A stretch of DNA of 64,000 nt from a bacterium (GCA_963674595.2 CAXXFV010000023.1:256001-320000); one strand, 5' to 3'; positions 1-10,649 are shown, counted from the first letter of the stretch. Made by a program: numbers and translations. Notes: a model not told the origin generated them from the letters alone.

Positions 1-2
1 AT

Positions 3-3000
3 AAGCGTATACGTTGCTTGATGCAGGATCACACCGGAATTATATGGATCGGTACCGCAGAAGGGGGCATCAACCGGTTTGAACCAGACGAGTACAAGAT
101 AAAGTACTATGTGCATAATCCTCAGGATTCTCTATCATTAAGTAGTAATTTTGTTATATCATTATTTGAAGATTCACAAGGACGTATATGGGCAGGAACT
201 GAAAGAGGCTTGAACCTTTATGACCCTGGAAATGATTGTTTTAGGCGTGTTGGAGATGAGAGTACAAAACCCTTAAAACAATCTGTACATAAAATAGTCG
301 AAAATATCGATGGGACCTTTTGGCTGGGTATCTCTAATAGTTTATGTTTATTCGATCCGGTGAAAATGACCACAAAGAGGGTTTTGTATGATAAAGTCCA
401 TAACAATTCATTAACCGGATCAGTTCAAGAAATCTATAAAGATGAAAACGGAATTTTATGGTTGGGAACTGGAAATAGTGGTTTTGTTAAATTTGATCCT
501 AAAACCAATAAATATTGGTTTTTTAAAAATGATCCTTCTGAAAAAAATTCCATAAGTAATAATAGGATCACCAGTATTTTGCCGGATGATGACCATAACT
601 TTTGGATTGGCACAAGAGACGGACTAAACTATTTTAATTCAAAAACAGAGCAATTTGAACATTATTCTGCGAATGTATATGATGATCGTTTGTATATTGA
701 TTATCGAATTGTTTCTATTATGAAAGATAGTAATGACGGAATTTGGTTTTGTACCGGTAATGGTATAAACTATTTAAATAAATCGTTATCAGAATTTAAA
801 GTATATTTGAAAGAATTGAATGAACCTAATTCTCTTAGTGATTCACGGGTCTTTTCATTTTTTAAAGATACAGATGGTATCCTGTGGGTGGGAACAGCAA
901 ATGGAGGTCTGAACCGAATTGACCGGAAAAAGAATAAATTTTCATTTTTTGTAAATGATCCATATAATGAAAATTCAATTTGTGGGAATAATGTTCGCTC
1001 AATTGTCAAAGATAAAAATGGTTACTTGTGGTTGGCTACAAATGGTTGGGGAATTGATCGGTTTAATCCCAAAACAAAAACATTTTCTCACCATCAAGAG
1101 TCGGACGACCCTGCCGCTATTCAGTCTAATTACGTTAAAGTTATTTTTAAAGACTCAACAGATCAACTCTGGTTTGGTACCGGAAGAAGTTTGGAAAAAT
1201 ATAATCCGGAGACAGATTCATTTATACATTATTTAACAGAATATCACGGAAATACAATTTTTGGTATAACATCTGATGGAGATGGTCAATTACTAGTCGT
1301 TTATTACGGTATGGGAATTATCAAGTTTAATCCGGAAACCGGCTCACATGTCATATTTTTGTCAAATACTGAAGAGCCAAACGCTCTGCCAACTAATGAT
1401 GTCCTTTCTATTCTCAGAGACAAAAACAATGATTTATGGATTGGTACTCATCACGAAGGTGTAAGTTACTATAATCATGAAACAAAAATTTGTTCCACCT
1501 TTACAACTCGCGATGGTTTGTCTGGAAATTCTGTGTTTGGCATTCTTGAGGATGATGAAGGATTTTTATGGTTTAGTACAGATAACGGCATTTCACGTTT
1601 TGATCCGATTCATAAGAGATTTCGTAAATTTAAAAAGTATCGCAGTTTTCAGGGTAATGAATATAATGTCGGAGCTTGTTTTAAAGCTTATGACGGAGAA
1701 ATGTTTTTTGGCGGTACCTTTGGTTTTACATCATTTTATCCTCACAATATTTCAAATGAAATTAAAATTCCCAGGGTTGTTATAAATCAATTCAAAGTAT
1801 TAAACCAAATTGTTGAAGAAGGCGAACTGATTAATGAACGAATATTATTAACAAAACCAATTTATAAAACAAAATCTATTCAGCTATCATATAAAGAAAA
1901 AGCATTTACAATATTTTTTGCTGTACTTGATTATGCCATTCCCAATGAAAATAATTTCGCCTATTATTTAGAAGGCTTTGATAAAGAGTGGCATGACGTT
2001 GGTAATCGAAATTTTGCAACTTATACAAACGTTCCGCCAGGGCATTATACGTTTAAAGTTAAAGGGGCAAATAGTAAAGGTGAATGGAACGAAACCGGTG
2101 TTGAATTGAAAATAAGCATTTCTCCACCATTTTGGGAAACATGGTTGTTTCGAATTTTTTTAATCGTAACAATTATAAATATTTTTATTATTGTTTTAAG
2201 GTATCGGGTTAAAACAATAACTTTGCGTAATACGCAGCTACAGGAAATGAATGAAGAATTAAATAAACAAATATTTGAACGAAAACAAGCTCAACAGGCA
2301 TTAAAGCAAATAAATGTAGAGCTAGAGTCGACTGTGGCAGAACGGACCAAAGAACTGAAAGATATAAATAGACAACTGGTGCAGGAAATTTCCGAGCGAA
2401 AGCAAACTTTTTATGCTCTTCAGGCAAGTGAGGACAAGTATAGGACCTTGGCTGAAACAACTTCTGACATTATTTTTGTTTATGATCAAAACAATAGATT
2501 GACCTATATTAATAAAGCCGGTTCCGTTCTCTGTTGTCAAAAAAATAAAAAGTTGAATGAAATTGATTTCAGTGATTTTATTCATGACAAGTATAAAAAA
2601 CGAGTCTTAAATCGTCTCGACAGGGTAAGAAAGGGCGAAAAAACAATTGATATTTTTCAGACTGAATTTTTTGATGAAAAATATTTAGGTATACCTGTTG
2701 AAGTAAATGCTGCTTCTTTGCCGGGAAAGGACGGAACGATTGATGGTGTTTTAATAATCGCCCGAAATGTTCAGGATCGGAAAAAAGCTGAAGAACGGAT
2801 AAAAACATCATTGAAAGAAAAAGAAATTTTGTTAAAAGAAGTCCACCACCGTGTTAAAAATAATTTGCAAATCATCAGCAGTTTGCTGTATTTACAATCA
2901 AAACATATATCTGATCCAAAAGATTTTTATATATTTTTAGAAAGTCAAAATAGAATAAAATCGATGGCTCTGATTCATGAAAAGTTGTACCAAAGTCAGA

Positions 3001-3410
3001 ATTTTGCCAAAATTGACTTTACCGCCTATGTCAAAAGCCTTTTAAAAGAGTTGGTAAATTCATTCAAAACCGATTTAAATAGAATAAAAATAAACACACA
3101 TATTGATAATATATTTCTTTCTATTGATAAGGCTATACCATGCGGGCTGGTTATCAATGAGTTGGTTTCAAATGCATTAAAGTACGCCTTTCCCAATGAA
3201 AAAGGCGGAGAATTAAATATTTCTTTTATTAAAGAAAAGAAAAAATATTTTCTAACGGTTAATGATAATGGAATTGGCATGCCGGAAAATTTTAGTGTTG
3301 ATAAATCAAAATCACTGGGCCTTTCTTTGGTAAACGGCCTTGTTGATCAACTCGAAGGGAAACTCGAATGGCATGTTGATAAAGGTACAGAATTTAACAT
3401 TTCATTTTAA
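3..3410 (+). CDS. Membrane sensor histidine kinase: Reg_prop beta-propeller repeats + Y_Y_Y + TM + PAS + HisKA_2/HATPase (5'-partial)
   Basis: Many D-x-x-G-x-(L/I)-W-(I/V)-G-T repeats; YYLEGFDKEW..YTNVPPGHYTFKVKG (Y_Y_Y); PPFWETW then a TM helix; EVHHRVKNNLQIISSLL (HisKA_2 H-box); NELVSNALKYAF, DNGIG, SLGLSLV. The frame is open to the window edge (AAG CGT ATA CGT TGC before 18), so the true start is upstream. Confidence 0.93.
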   Translation, partial: KRIRCLMQDHTGIIWIGTAEGGINRFEPDEYKIKYYVHNPQDSLSLSSNFVISLFEDSQGRIWAGTERGLNLYDPGNDCFRRVGDESTKPLKQSVHKIVENIDGTFWLGISNSLCLFDPVKMTTKRVLYDKVHNNSLTGSVQEIYKDENGILWLGTGNSGFVKFDPKTNKYWFFKNDPSEKNSISNNRITSILPDDDHNFWIGTRDGLNYFNSKTEQFEHYSANVYDDRLYIDYRIVSIMKDSNDGIWFCTGNGINYLNKSLSEFKVYLKELNEPNSLSDSRVFSFFKDTDGILWVGTANGGLNRIDRKKNKFSFFVNDPYNENSICGNNVRSIVKDKNGYLWLATNGWGIDRFNPKTKTFSHHQESDDPAAIQSNYVKVIFKDSTDQLWFGTGRSLEKYNPETDSFIHYLTEYHGNTIFGITSDGDGQLLVVYYGMGIIKFNPETGSHVIFLSNTEEPNALPTNDVLSILRDKNNDLWIGTHHEGVSYYNHETKICSTFTTRDGLSGNSVFGILEDDEGFLWFSTDNGISRFDPIHKRFRKFKKYRSFQGNEYNVGACFKAYDGEMFFGGTFGFTSFYPHNISNEIKIPRVVINQFKVLNQIVEEGELINERILLTKPIYKTKSIQLSYKEKAFTIFFAVLDYAIPNENNFAYYLEGFDKEWHDVGNRNFATYTNVPPGHYTFKVKGANSKGEWNETGVELKISISPPFWETWLFRIFLIVTIINIFIIVLRYRVKTITLRNTQLQEMNEELNKQIFERKQAQQALKQINVELESTVAERTKELKDINRQLVQEISERKQTFYALQASEDKYRTLAETTSDIIFVYDQNNRLTYINKAGSVLCCQKNKKLNEIDFSDFIHDKYKKRVLNRLDRVRKGEKTIDIFQTEFFDEKYLGIPVEVNAASLPGKDGTIDGVLIIARNVQDRKKAEERIKTSLKEKEILLKEVHHRVKNNLQIISSLLYLQSKHISDPKDFYIFLESQNRIKSMALIHEKLYQSQNFAKIDFTAYVKSLLKELVNSFKTDLNRIKINTHIDNIFLSIDKAIPCGLVINELVSNALKYAFPNEKGGELNISFIKEKKKYFLTVNDNGIGMPENFSVDKSKSLGLSLVNGLVDQLEGKLEWHVDKGTEFNISF

Positions 3411-3453
3411 GACAGGAATTTTTTTTAATAAAGGGGAGTGATTTATAAAAATT

Positions 3454-3540
3454 ATCCTGACCAGTTCCAAACATGTTGAGGAGGCCAAGTGAGCATCAAT
3501 ATTGTATTGAATTGTTTGGAACTGTAGTCAGGATTTTTTT
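3454..3540. terminator. Long inverted repeat between convergent genes, probable bidirectional terminator (possibly a small RNA)
   Basis: ATCCTGACCAGTTCCAAACA (3454-3473) pairs with TGTTTGGAACTGTAGTCAGGAT (3513-3534) with a 2-nt bulge. A T-tract follows on + and an A-rich tract precedes it. Confidence 0.65.
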
Positions 3541-5973
3541 CTAATTAAAGTTTACGATATGTTCTGCAAAGTTTGGTTTTGTTGCTGAATTGTTTTTACT
3601 CAGTTTAAATGAAGCAACCATACTTAACATTTCCTGGGCCTGGCTTGTTAATTCTTGCGATGCACTTGCTGATTCTTCGGAATTTGCCGCATTTTGCTGC
3701 GTAACCTGGTTCATCTGATCAACGGCTGTATTTATTTGCTCTATACCTTCCGATTGTTGTTCCGATGCCGCAGCAATTTCAGACATCATTTCACCGACTT
3801 TTAAAACCTGCTCAGTTAAACTTTGTAACTTTTCTACTGTTTCCTGGTTATACGTAAATCCATCGTCTGCATTTTTTACAGACTCTTCAATAAGTGACGA
3901 TGTATTTTTTGCTGCCTCGGCGCTGCGCATTGCCAGATTTCTAACCTCTTCAGCTACTACGGCAAAACCTTTTCCTGCTTCTCCTGCCCTGGCGGCTTCA
4001 ACAGCGGCATTTAATGCAAGCAGGTTGGTTTGAAATGCAATTTCATCTATAGTACGTACGATTTTGGCTGTTTCATCAGAAGAATTTTTAATCCGGTTAA
4101 TCGCTTCTGAAAGTTTGGTAATACTTGATGTACTTTCTTCCGCCTTTTCTTTTGTTTGCTCAGAGAGTGTTTTGCCTTTTCTCGCAGTAGAGGTATTTTG
4201 TTTTGTCATTGCTGCCATTTCCTGCAAGTTGCTGGAAATTTCCTCCAGAGAACTGGCTTGTTCGGAAGCGCCCTGTGCTACTTTTTGGCTGCCTGTTCCA
4301 ATTTGGTCCGAAGCTGTAGCTACCTGCTCGGATGACAACATAACCTGCTGCATGCCGGAATCGATGTTATCAATAGCTTTGTTTAAAGATGTTTTAATAA
4401 TTGCGTAATCGCCTTTATAGTCTGTTATTATTCTGGCTGTCAGGTCGCGTTCAGCAATTTTTCCCAAAATTGCGGATGCTTCATTTATCGGCTCAACAAC
4501 GTCGTCCAATACTTTATTGATACCGCTGATTATAGTTGCATATTCTCCCTGATGTTTTGATACATCCATCCGTGCCTTTAAATCTCCATTTACAGCTTTT
4601 TGGGCCAATGTTGCAATATCGTTTGTTAAAGCATTAATACTTGTTTTCATCATTGTCATGGAATTGGTCAGTTTATTTTCGCTAGCATCCGTCATTTCCC
4701 GGAATGCATTGGCCAGATCTCCAATTTCATCTTTTTGATAAATATCGATTTGTTCTGCCGTAATCTGCGTTTTTTCCATATCAAGGTTAAGATCACCAAT
4801 AGAGACGGCCTCGGCAACTTTTGCTTTGTTTTGTAATGAATGGCTTATTTGTAATGCAAATTCCGTAACTTTTTTAATCGGATTTGCAATGCTTTTCCCC
4901 ATCCATACAGCAAAAAAGATAACTAACACTAATATAATCAGGCTGGAAAAAAATATCGTTTGAGTTAGGTTTTTTATCGGTGCTTCAACTTCATCCGAAC
5001 CTATTTCAGCAATAATATTCCATTTTACATTACTCGGTAATTCGATGGGCCCGTAATCGGAAAGAACTTTATCACCTTTATAATTTTTAATAATACTGTG
5101 GCCATCAATACCTTTTAAAGCGTTATCAATAGCTTCATTGTCTATACCATTTTTTTCAACAGAACCTTTTAATGACGCTTCAACTGAATGTGTTGTCGGG
5201 GCTAAATATGAATCAGACCGCATACGTTTATCCTGTCCAACCAGATAGGTTTCGCCGGTCTCTCCCATGCCCTGACGTCTAAGCATAATCTTTGAAATCT
5301 TTTCAGTGGGAATTTGAATAGCAAGCATGGCTGCCGGATTACCGTTATCATCCCTGATTGGCGTACCAATAAAACTTGCCGGTTTATTTCCTGATGGTTC
5401 ATATAAATCATAATCGACAAAACATGTTTGGCGTTGTTCGATTACTTTACTATACAATTTTCCTAAATTACTTTCTTTTAAATATCCTGACGACAAATTG
5501 GCACCAAGATCTTTTTCTTTAGCCTGGCTGTAAAGAACATGTCCATGGGCCCAACATATAACAAAAACATCATAGTATCCATATTTTAAAACCATATCTC
5601 CCAAACGTTTGCCATAAACACTATTGCAAATTTCTGCATGTTCAGGCGTTGATATATCTAATGGATCATGAGGTTGTGTATGCATTTCATCATGATATAT
5701 CTTCATGTTTTTATACATTTCGAGCGCATCGGTACTTTTGGCAAATACTTCAACATTTATTATCATTTGATCGAATAATTCATTAATTTCTTGCTTTTTA
5801 ATTTCTTTTTGTGAATCGAGCTGATTAAAAGCTTCTTCCATCAATGATTTGTCCGCCCTGTCAATGCTTAATACCGTTATTATGAGAATCGGCACAAGAC
5901 TTACTAATAAATATGTGGAGATTAATTTTGGCGCAAGTTTCATGTTTTTGAACTTTTGTACAGAAATAGACAT
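3541..5973 (-). CDS. Methyl-accepting chemotaxis protein (Cache-type sensor, HAMP domains, MCP signal domain)
   Basis: Two TM helices flank a periplasmic Cache-like domain ([27 protein letters not shown]); signalling hairpin [37 protein letters not shown]. Start moved from 6012 to the ATG at 5973 behind a GAGGAG RBS. Confidence 0.95.
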   Translation of the reverse strand: MSISVQKFKNMKLAPKLISTYLLVSLVPILIITVLSIDRADKSLMEEAFNQLDSQKEIKKQEINELFDQMIINVEVFAKSTDALEMYKNMKIYHDEMHTQPHDPLDISTPEHAEICNSVYGKRLGDMVLKYGYYDVFVICWAHGHVLYSQAKEKDLGANLSSGYLKESNLGKLYSKVIEQRQTCFVDYDLYEPSGNKPASFIGTPIRDDNGNPAAMLAIQIPTEKISKIMLRRQGMGETGETYLVGQDKRMRSDSYLAPTTHSVEASLKGSVEKNGIDNEAIDNALKGIDGHSIIKNYKGDKVLSDYGPIELPSNVKWNIIAEIGSDEVEAPIKNLTQTIFFSSLIILVLVIFFAVWMGKSIANPIKKVTEFALQISHSLQNKAKVAEAVSIGDLNLDMEKTQITAEQIDIYQKDEIGDLANAFREMTDASENKLTNSMTMMKTSINALTNDIATLAQKAVNGDLKARMDVSKHQGEYATIISGINKVLDDVVEPINEASAILGKIAERDLTARIITDYKGDYAIIKTSLNKAIDNIDSGMQQVMLSSEQVATASDQIGTGSQKVAQGASEQASSLEEISSNLQEMAAMTKQNTSTARKGKTLSEQTKEKAEESTSSITKLSEAINRIKNSSDETAKIVRTIDEIAFQTNLLALNAAVEAARAGEAGKGFAVVAEEVRNLAMRSAEAAKNTSSLIEESVKNADDGFTYNQETVEKLQSLTEQVLKVGEMMSEIAAASEQQSEGIEQINTAVDQMNQVTQQNAANSEESASASQELTSQAQEMLSMVASFKLSKNNSATKPNFAEHIVNFN

Positions 5974-6053
5974 AGCAGACTCCTCTAAAAGTCCATTTAA
6001 TATAATATTCATTCTAACTATCTATATATTTATAATGCAGGCAGTTACATTAT

Positions 6054-6070
6054 AGCAGATCGTATGCCAG
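6054..6070 (-). promoter_or_regulatory. Sigma-54 (-24/-12) promoter of the MCP gene
   Basis: Minus strand reads CTGGCATACGATCTGCT, i.e. TGGCA with exact GG-N10-GC spacing, about 80 nt upstream of the MCP start. An IHF-like site (AATTAAACAGTTG, 6086-6098) and a TGT-N12-ACA dyad (6142-6159) lie further upstream. Confidence 0.65.
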
Positions 6071-6193
6071 TTGTATGTAAGACGGCAACTGTTTAATTTA
6101 TATATGGTTGGATGGTGTGAAGAGTTTGGCTTTAAAAAAAATGTCTTGATAAATATACAAAAGCGTATACTAAATTGTATGGATAGGAGATTG

Positions 6194-6221
6194 AAAACCG
6201 GCAGCTATTATGCTGCCGGTT
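6194..6221 (-). terminator. Rho-independent terminator of the 339-aa secreted protein gene
   Basis: Perfect 10-bp stem AACCGGCAGC-6 nt-GCTGCCGGTT running into TTTT on the minus strand, 7 nt after the stop codon. Confidence 0.8.
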
Positions 6222-6228
6222 GGGGTGT

Positions 6229-7248
6229 CTATTTTAATTTGTAGCCTTGAGGGACTGTAAAAAGTTCGTCTTTGGGGGTGTCGTATGATATGTTTTTGGT
6301 CTCGGTAACAACTTGAAAAACCTCAGTCTTCAGTTTTGGTTCATTAGCTTTTTCTTTTTTGGCCATTTTTTTCAGCTTTTTGCCAAACATGCCGCCAAAG
6401 GAACCTTTAAGATCAGTTACATCTACAGATTCTTCCTCATCATTTTCTTCATCCGGGGTTGTTTGCTGTTTAACATGGTTTGTGGTGGTGAGTACCATTT
6501 CCGATTTAATCGGGTATCCCTGAACTTTATCAAGCTCTTTTTTCATTTCTGACATCTGGTCTTTATAAGCATTTAAAAACTGTGAAAATCCTTTTTGCGG
6601 GATATTTTCAAAACCCAGTTTTTCAGATAATTTCTGGTTAAAGTTTTGTGTTTGCTCCATAGCAGAATTGGCATCTGTTGTATTCCAGGTGTCATTTACA
6701 AAAAGCAATGTATCTGAAATACCGGTTGCTTTATGTTTACCAACAGTTGTTACACTAATAATATAATGTTCACAGTTAAAATTGTTAATTTTTTCTTTTT
6801 CACCTGTTTTGTCCAGTTTCACAACAGGTTCCTGCCATTCATATTCGCTGTCAGCTTCTTCGTCCTCTTGTTCCATTTCCGGTTGGGCCGGCATATCCAG
6901 TGGATTTGTACCCTGCTCGATCATGGCTTTTATTTCTGCAAAAGTTTGTTCGCTATATTTTTTATTCTGGTCGTCAAAATGCCAAAACAGTTCTTTGTCC
7001 AGGCGAGTGATTTCAATATCAGTTCCTTTTTTGTTCATGTGTTTCATGATGGAACCTGTGAATTTAAACTGGGTTTCGGTTCTTTGGGCATCCCCTTTTA
7101 ATATCGTTTTGATGTTGCTCTCGAAAGCACCTTTACCACTAATACCATTGCTGGATGTATAGGTTTCAATAGTAACTTGAGAAAAAACAAGTTGGGCTGT
7201 CAGGACAATTATTGTGGCAAGTAAATATACCACATTTGGCTTTTTCAT
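6229..7248 (-). CDS. Secreted hypothetical protein (DUF4412-like)
   Basis: Signal peptide; KTGEKEKINNFNCEHY and C-terminal ELFTVPQGYK motifs typical of DUF4412/GLPGLI-like proteins; GGAGG RBS. Confidence 0.7.
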   Translation of the reverse strand: MKKPNVVYLLATIIVLTAQLVFSQVTIETYTSSNGISGKGAFESNIKTILKGDAQRTETQFKFTGSIMKHMNKKGTDIEITRLDKELFWHFDDQNKKYSEQTFAEIKAMIEQGTNPLDMPAQPEMEQEDEEADSEYEWQEPVVKLDKTGEKEKINNFNCEHYIISVTTVGKHKATGISDTLLFVNDTWNTTDANSAMEQTQNFNQKLSEKLGFENIPQKGFSQFLNAYKDQMSEMKKELDKVQGYPIKSEMVLTTTNHVKQQTTPDEENDEEESVDVTDLKGSFGGMFGKKLKKMAKKEKANEPKLKTEVFQVVTETKNISYDTPKDELFTVPQGYKLK

Positions 7249-7374
7249 AGGACCTCCAATTGAAATTATAACAAATATTGGTTAATGTTGCATTCTGCTA
7301 AAACCTTTGGTTTTGCAAATGTCATATATAATTATTATATTTTATAAAAATTCGTCTGAAAATATATTCAATTT

Positions 7375-8250
7375 ATGAAAAAAACAAGTCAAATTATTCT
7401 TGATCCATATAAACACCAAAATGGTGTTAATTTATTTCTTGATTATTATGCGATTAGAACACAATCACCGGGACTCGAATTTTTACAGTCAATTTTACGT
7501 CATTTTTCAAAATTGCCTTATGAAAATGTGAGCAAAATTATAAAATTAAACAGGGATTTTCTAAGTCCTGAACACATACGATTACCGGAAGAAGTTTTTG
7601 ATGATCATGCCCGTTTTCATTTAGGCGGCACCTGTTTTTCATTAACATTTTTTTTACAGAGTATTCTTTTACAACATGGTTTTCAGGGATATCCGGTTAT
7701 TGCTCATATGCGCAATCGACCGAATGTACATTGTGCATTTGTTGTGTTGTTGGACCGTAAGCAATATTTGGTTGATCCCGGGTATCTGCTGAACCAGCCT
7801 ATGGAAATTCAGCCGGACTCTAACCGGTTTTATCGAACAGCCCATACCGGTGTAGAGCTGGCCTTTAATCCCGACGATGAGTTTTATCATTTGTATACTT
7901 TTGATAAACAGGATAAAAAATGGCGCTATTGTTTTCAAAACAAACCATTGTCAGAACAGGAATTTTTAGACCACTGGTTGAATTCCTTTTATCAGGGAAC
8001 CATGCACGGTATTTGTATGACCCAGCTTCGGGAAGATGGTATGCTCTATCTTCATAACAATTATTTACGTATAACAACTATAGAAGGCCAACAAAAACAA
8101 AGAATAAAACAGGATTATTATAATGTTGTGCAGAATGTCTTTGGCATTGATTCTTCGCTTGTGGAAGAAGCTATGGCTGCCATTTCTGAAAATATGGCCT
8201 TTGAAAGAGAGTTTGGATTAAGAGCTAAAGAGAAAAATGAAGCCGAATGA
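7375..8250 (+). CDS. Arylamine N-acetyltransferase family protein
   Basis: PYEN motif, GGTCF (catalytic Cys), VHCA (His) and YLVDPG (Asp) triad. Confidence 0.85.
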   Translation: MKKTSQIILDPYKHQNGVNLFLDYYAIRTQSPGLEFLQSILRHFSKLPYENVSKIIKLNRDFLSPEHIRLPEEVFDDHARFHLGGTCFSLTFFLQSILLQHGFQGYPVIAHMRNRPNVHCAFVVLLDRKQYLVDPGYLLNQPMEIQPDSNRFYRTAHTGVELAFNPDDEFYHLYTFDKQDKKWRYCFQNKPLSEQEFLDHWLNSFYQGTMHGICMTQLREDGMLYLHNNYLRITTIEGQQKQRIKQDYYNVVQNVFGIDSSLVEEAMAAISENMAFEREFGLRAKEKNEAE

Positions 8251-8809
8251 ACCTATAGCCGTAAAACTTGTTTGCGGGATTTTGTACAGTGACGAAGAGT
8301 TGCTGGACCAGGCGTCCCAATTACTCGTTGAAAAGTATGGACCGGTCGATTATAAAAGTCCGCGTTATGATTTTGAAATGACCGACTATTATGTCCCTGA
8401 AATGGGAACGCCCATTTATCGTGTGTTTTATTCCTTTACTCATTTAGTTAATCCCGGAAGGCTGGCGCAAATCAAAATTGAATGTAATGATATTGAAGAC
8501 AAGCTGGCTGTTGAAGGAAAACGAAAAGTGAATCTCGACCCCGGTTATATGGACTATGATAAATTTGTACTGGCGTCTGCCAAATATAATGCGCATAAAA
8601 TTTATCTGGACCTGGGTATTTATGCAGACCTGACCTACAGTTTTAAAAAAGGGCATTATATCCCTTCACAATGGTGTTTTCCGGATTTTCGCAGTCAGGT
8701 GTATGAACCGGCTTTTTTACACATTCGGGCCCGTTATAAAGGTCAGGTGCGGAAGATATTTAAGACCGCCAGGACTGAAAATAGTGAAAATTCGGAAGAA
8801 CCGGCTTGA
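8237..8809 (+). CDS. DUF4416 family protein
   Basis: TDYYVPEMG, LAQIKIECNDIE, RKVNLDPGY, LASAK..HKIYL..GIYADLT and FPDF motifs; overlaps the upstream gene by 14 nt. Confidence 0.85.
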   Translation: MKPNEPIAVKLVCGILYSDEELLDQASQLLVEKYGPVDYKSPRYDFEMTDYYVPEMGTPIYRVFYSFTHLVNPGRLAQIKIECNDIEDKLAVEGKRKVNLDPGYMDYDKFVLASAKYNAHKIYLDLGIYADLTYSFKKGHYIPSQWCFPDFRSQVYEPAFLHIRARYKGQVRKIFKTARTENSENSEEPA

Positions 8810-10642
8810 CTAGTCGTTAAAATTCCAGGTAAAACCCCAGCGAAACTGGTTTTGCGGCATTGAATAGGGGTAAACCAGTTGATATTCCTGTCCTAAAAAA
8901 TTATCCAAAGCTACAAAAATTACGGCATCACGAAATGTAAACATGCCGTGTAAATAGGGGACCACAATCGGATCAAGCTTTTCAGCATAATAACTGAAAT
9001 TGCTGAACTGTGAAAAGGTGTAATATTGTTCTCCGGTTAATGTCAATCCTATTCTGAGCCTGGTATAAAGATCACCTTTGAATAACGGATAGGCCCATTG
9101 CGCAAATGCCTTGGCATAATATTTTGGTGTACTGAGCTGATAAATGTCGTTTTGTTTTAAATCAGAAACAATGAATTTGCTTTTTAGCTGCAGGGACGTG
9201 TTTTTTATCACGGATTGTTTCAGATTTAAATCCACTACAAAATTTTGTTTATCGGGCAGGTTTTGAAAAACAGGTAAATCATCGATTTGGAATAAAACCG
9301 CGCCTATGGGATTTTTTGATTTTTGAAAAGACACGGATGAAAAGAGCTCGGTCTTACAGGTTTTATATTCTAATGCTAATCCGGCTTGTTGAATTTGGGT
9401 TCGCTGTAAATTTGTATTTCCTGTAACAAACGGATCGTTGATGTACTTTGCTTCAAAGGATGGTTCCAGACAGGATTGATGTGCCCACGCTATAAATTTT
9501 GTATTCGGCGTCATCAAATATGTCAAGCCGATTTCCGGTTCAATAGTGGCATCAAAATTTTTTGCTTTTTTACTGTTTAATAACAGATACCATTCAATAT
9601 TTTTTGAATAGTTACCCTGAATATTGGTCCAGAATTCCAGTTTATCCTGATCAGCGTTTTGCCAAAATTCGCTTTCCAGTTTATCCCGTGTTGATTGTAC
9701 GCCTGCTTTTATCTGAAACGGATTTTTGATAATAACATATTGGGCCAGAATGCGGGTTCTTTTTGCAGTATGAACGGATTCAAAATCTCTGTGCATATAA
9801 CCGAAAAATTCTCTTTTCAGATTAGTGTACTGAAGAAAAACAGAAAATCTGTCATGATACTGAATGTGTAATCCCTGGTCTTTACGTTGGTCTTTATGGT
9901 GTATCAGGGGATAACGAAAACCGGTTGGTGCAAAATAAAGCGGCATATCCAGATCAAACTTTTGGGACAGCAATATATATTTCACTGTCCATCGAGTGAA
10001 CAGTTTTTTTTGTATCTGAAGGTTTGTTTTTAAAGCGCGATAATTGCTGTAAAGTTGTGTGCTGTGATAATTTTTTAAAACAGAGCCGGCATTGATGGCC
10101 AAAGTCGGAGATGCCTGCATCCCGGCTCGTACATCTATGTCGTCATATCCGCTGGTTCCATTACGGTAAGTGATCCTGGACCGGATTGGATTTGCGGCGA
10201 TATTTATCGGATTGATTTTCAATGATTGTCCCAGTTGTTCATTACCGAATCGTCGCTGCTGGTTCGTCAATATGATATCAGCTTTATCAATACTTTCAAC
10301 CGGTATCATGTTGAGGTTTACCTTTTCAGTAATGGGGTCATTCAGCAAAAGGCCGTCATAATCGATTTTTGATTGCTGTTCTGAACCGCAAAAGATAAAA
10401 CCAGGTGCCATGCGTCCGGTACTACCTTGGTTAAAATAATAAGTCGCCGGCATCCAGTTATAAATATCGGCAAAGGATGTATAATTCCATCCGATGATGG
10501 CTGTCGAATCTATTGTCAAGGCATTTATAGATTCGGGGGGTGCTGAAACAGAGTCCGTCTTTACAGTGTTTTCAACCTGCGTTTGTGCTGAAAGATGTGA
10601 AATATATAATAAAAGAGTTATGAACAGATATGTTTTTTTCAA
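8810..10642 (-). CDS. Outer-membrane receptor with TonB-dependent-receptor-like plug and beta-barrel (putative porin-type C-terminus)
   Basis: Signal peptide (TTG start); plug-like segment DGLLLNDP..VNLNMIPVESIDKADII; alternating beta-strand pattern; C-terminal DNFLGQEY..FRWGFTWNFND OM signature. Confidence 0.7.
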   Translation of the reverse strand: MKKTYLFITLLLYISHLSAQTQVENTVKTDSVSAPPESINALTIDSTAIIGWNYTSFADIYNWMPATYYFNQGSTGRMAPGFIFCGSEQQSKIDYDGLLLNDPITEKVNLNMIPVESIDKADIILTNQQRRFGNEQLGQSLKINPINIAANPIRSRITYRNGTSGYDDIDVRAGMQASPTLAINAGSVLKNYHSTQLYSNYRALKTNLQIQKKLFTRWTVKYILLSQKFDLDMPLYFAPTGFRYPLIHHKDQRKDQGLHIQYHDRFSVFLQYTNLKREFFGYMHRDFESVHTAKRTRILAQYVIIKNPFQIKAGVQSTRDKLESEFWQNADQDKLEFWTNIQGNYSKNIEWYLLLNSKKAKNFDATIEPEIGLTYLMTPNTKFIAWAHQSCLEPSFEAKYINDPFVTGNTNLQRTQIQQAGLALEYKTCKTELFSSVSFQKSKNPIGAVLFQIDDLPVFQNLPDKQNFVVDLNLKQSVIKNTSLQLKSKFIVSDLKQNDIYQLSTPKYYAKAFAQWAYPLFKGDLYTRLRIGLTLTGEQYYTFSQFSNFSYYAEKLDPIVVPYLHGMFTFRDAVIFVALDNFLGQEYQLVYPYSMPQNQFRWGFTWNFND

Positions 10643-10649
10643 ATGTAAC

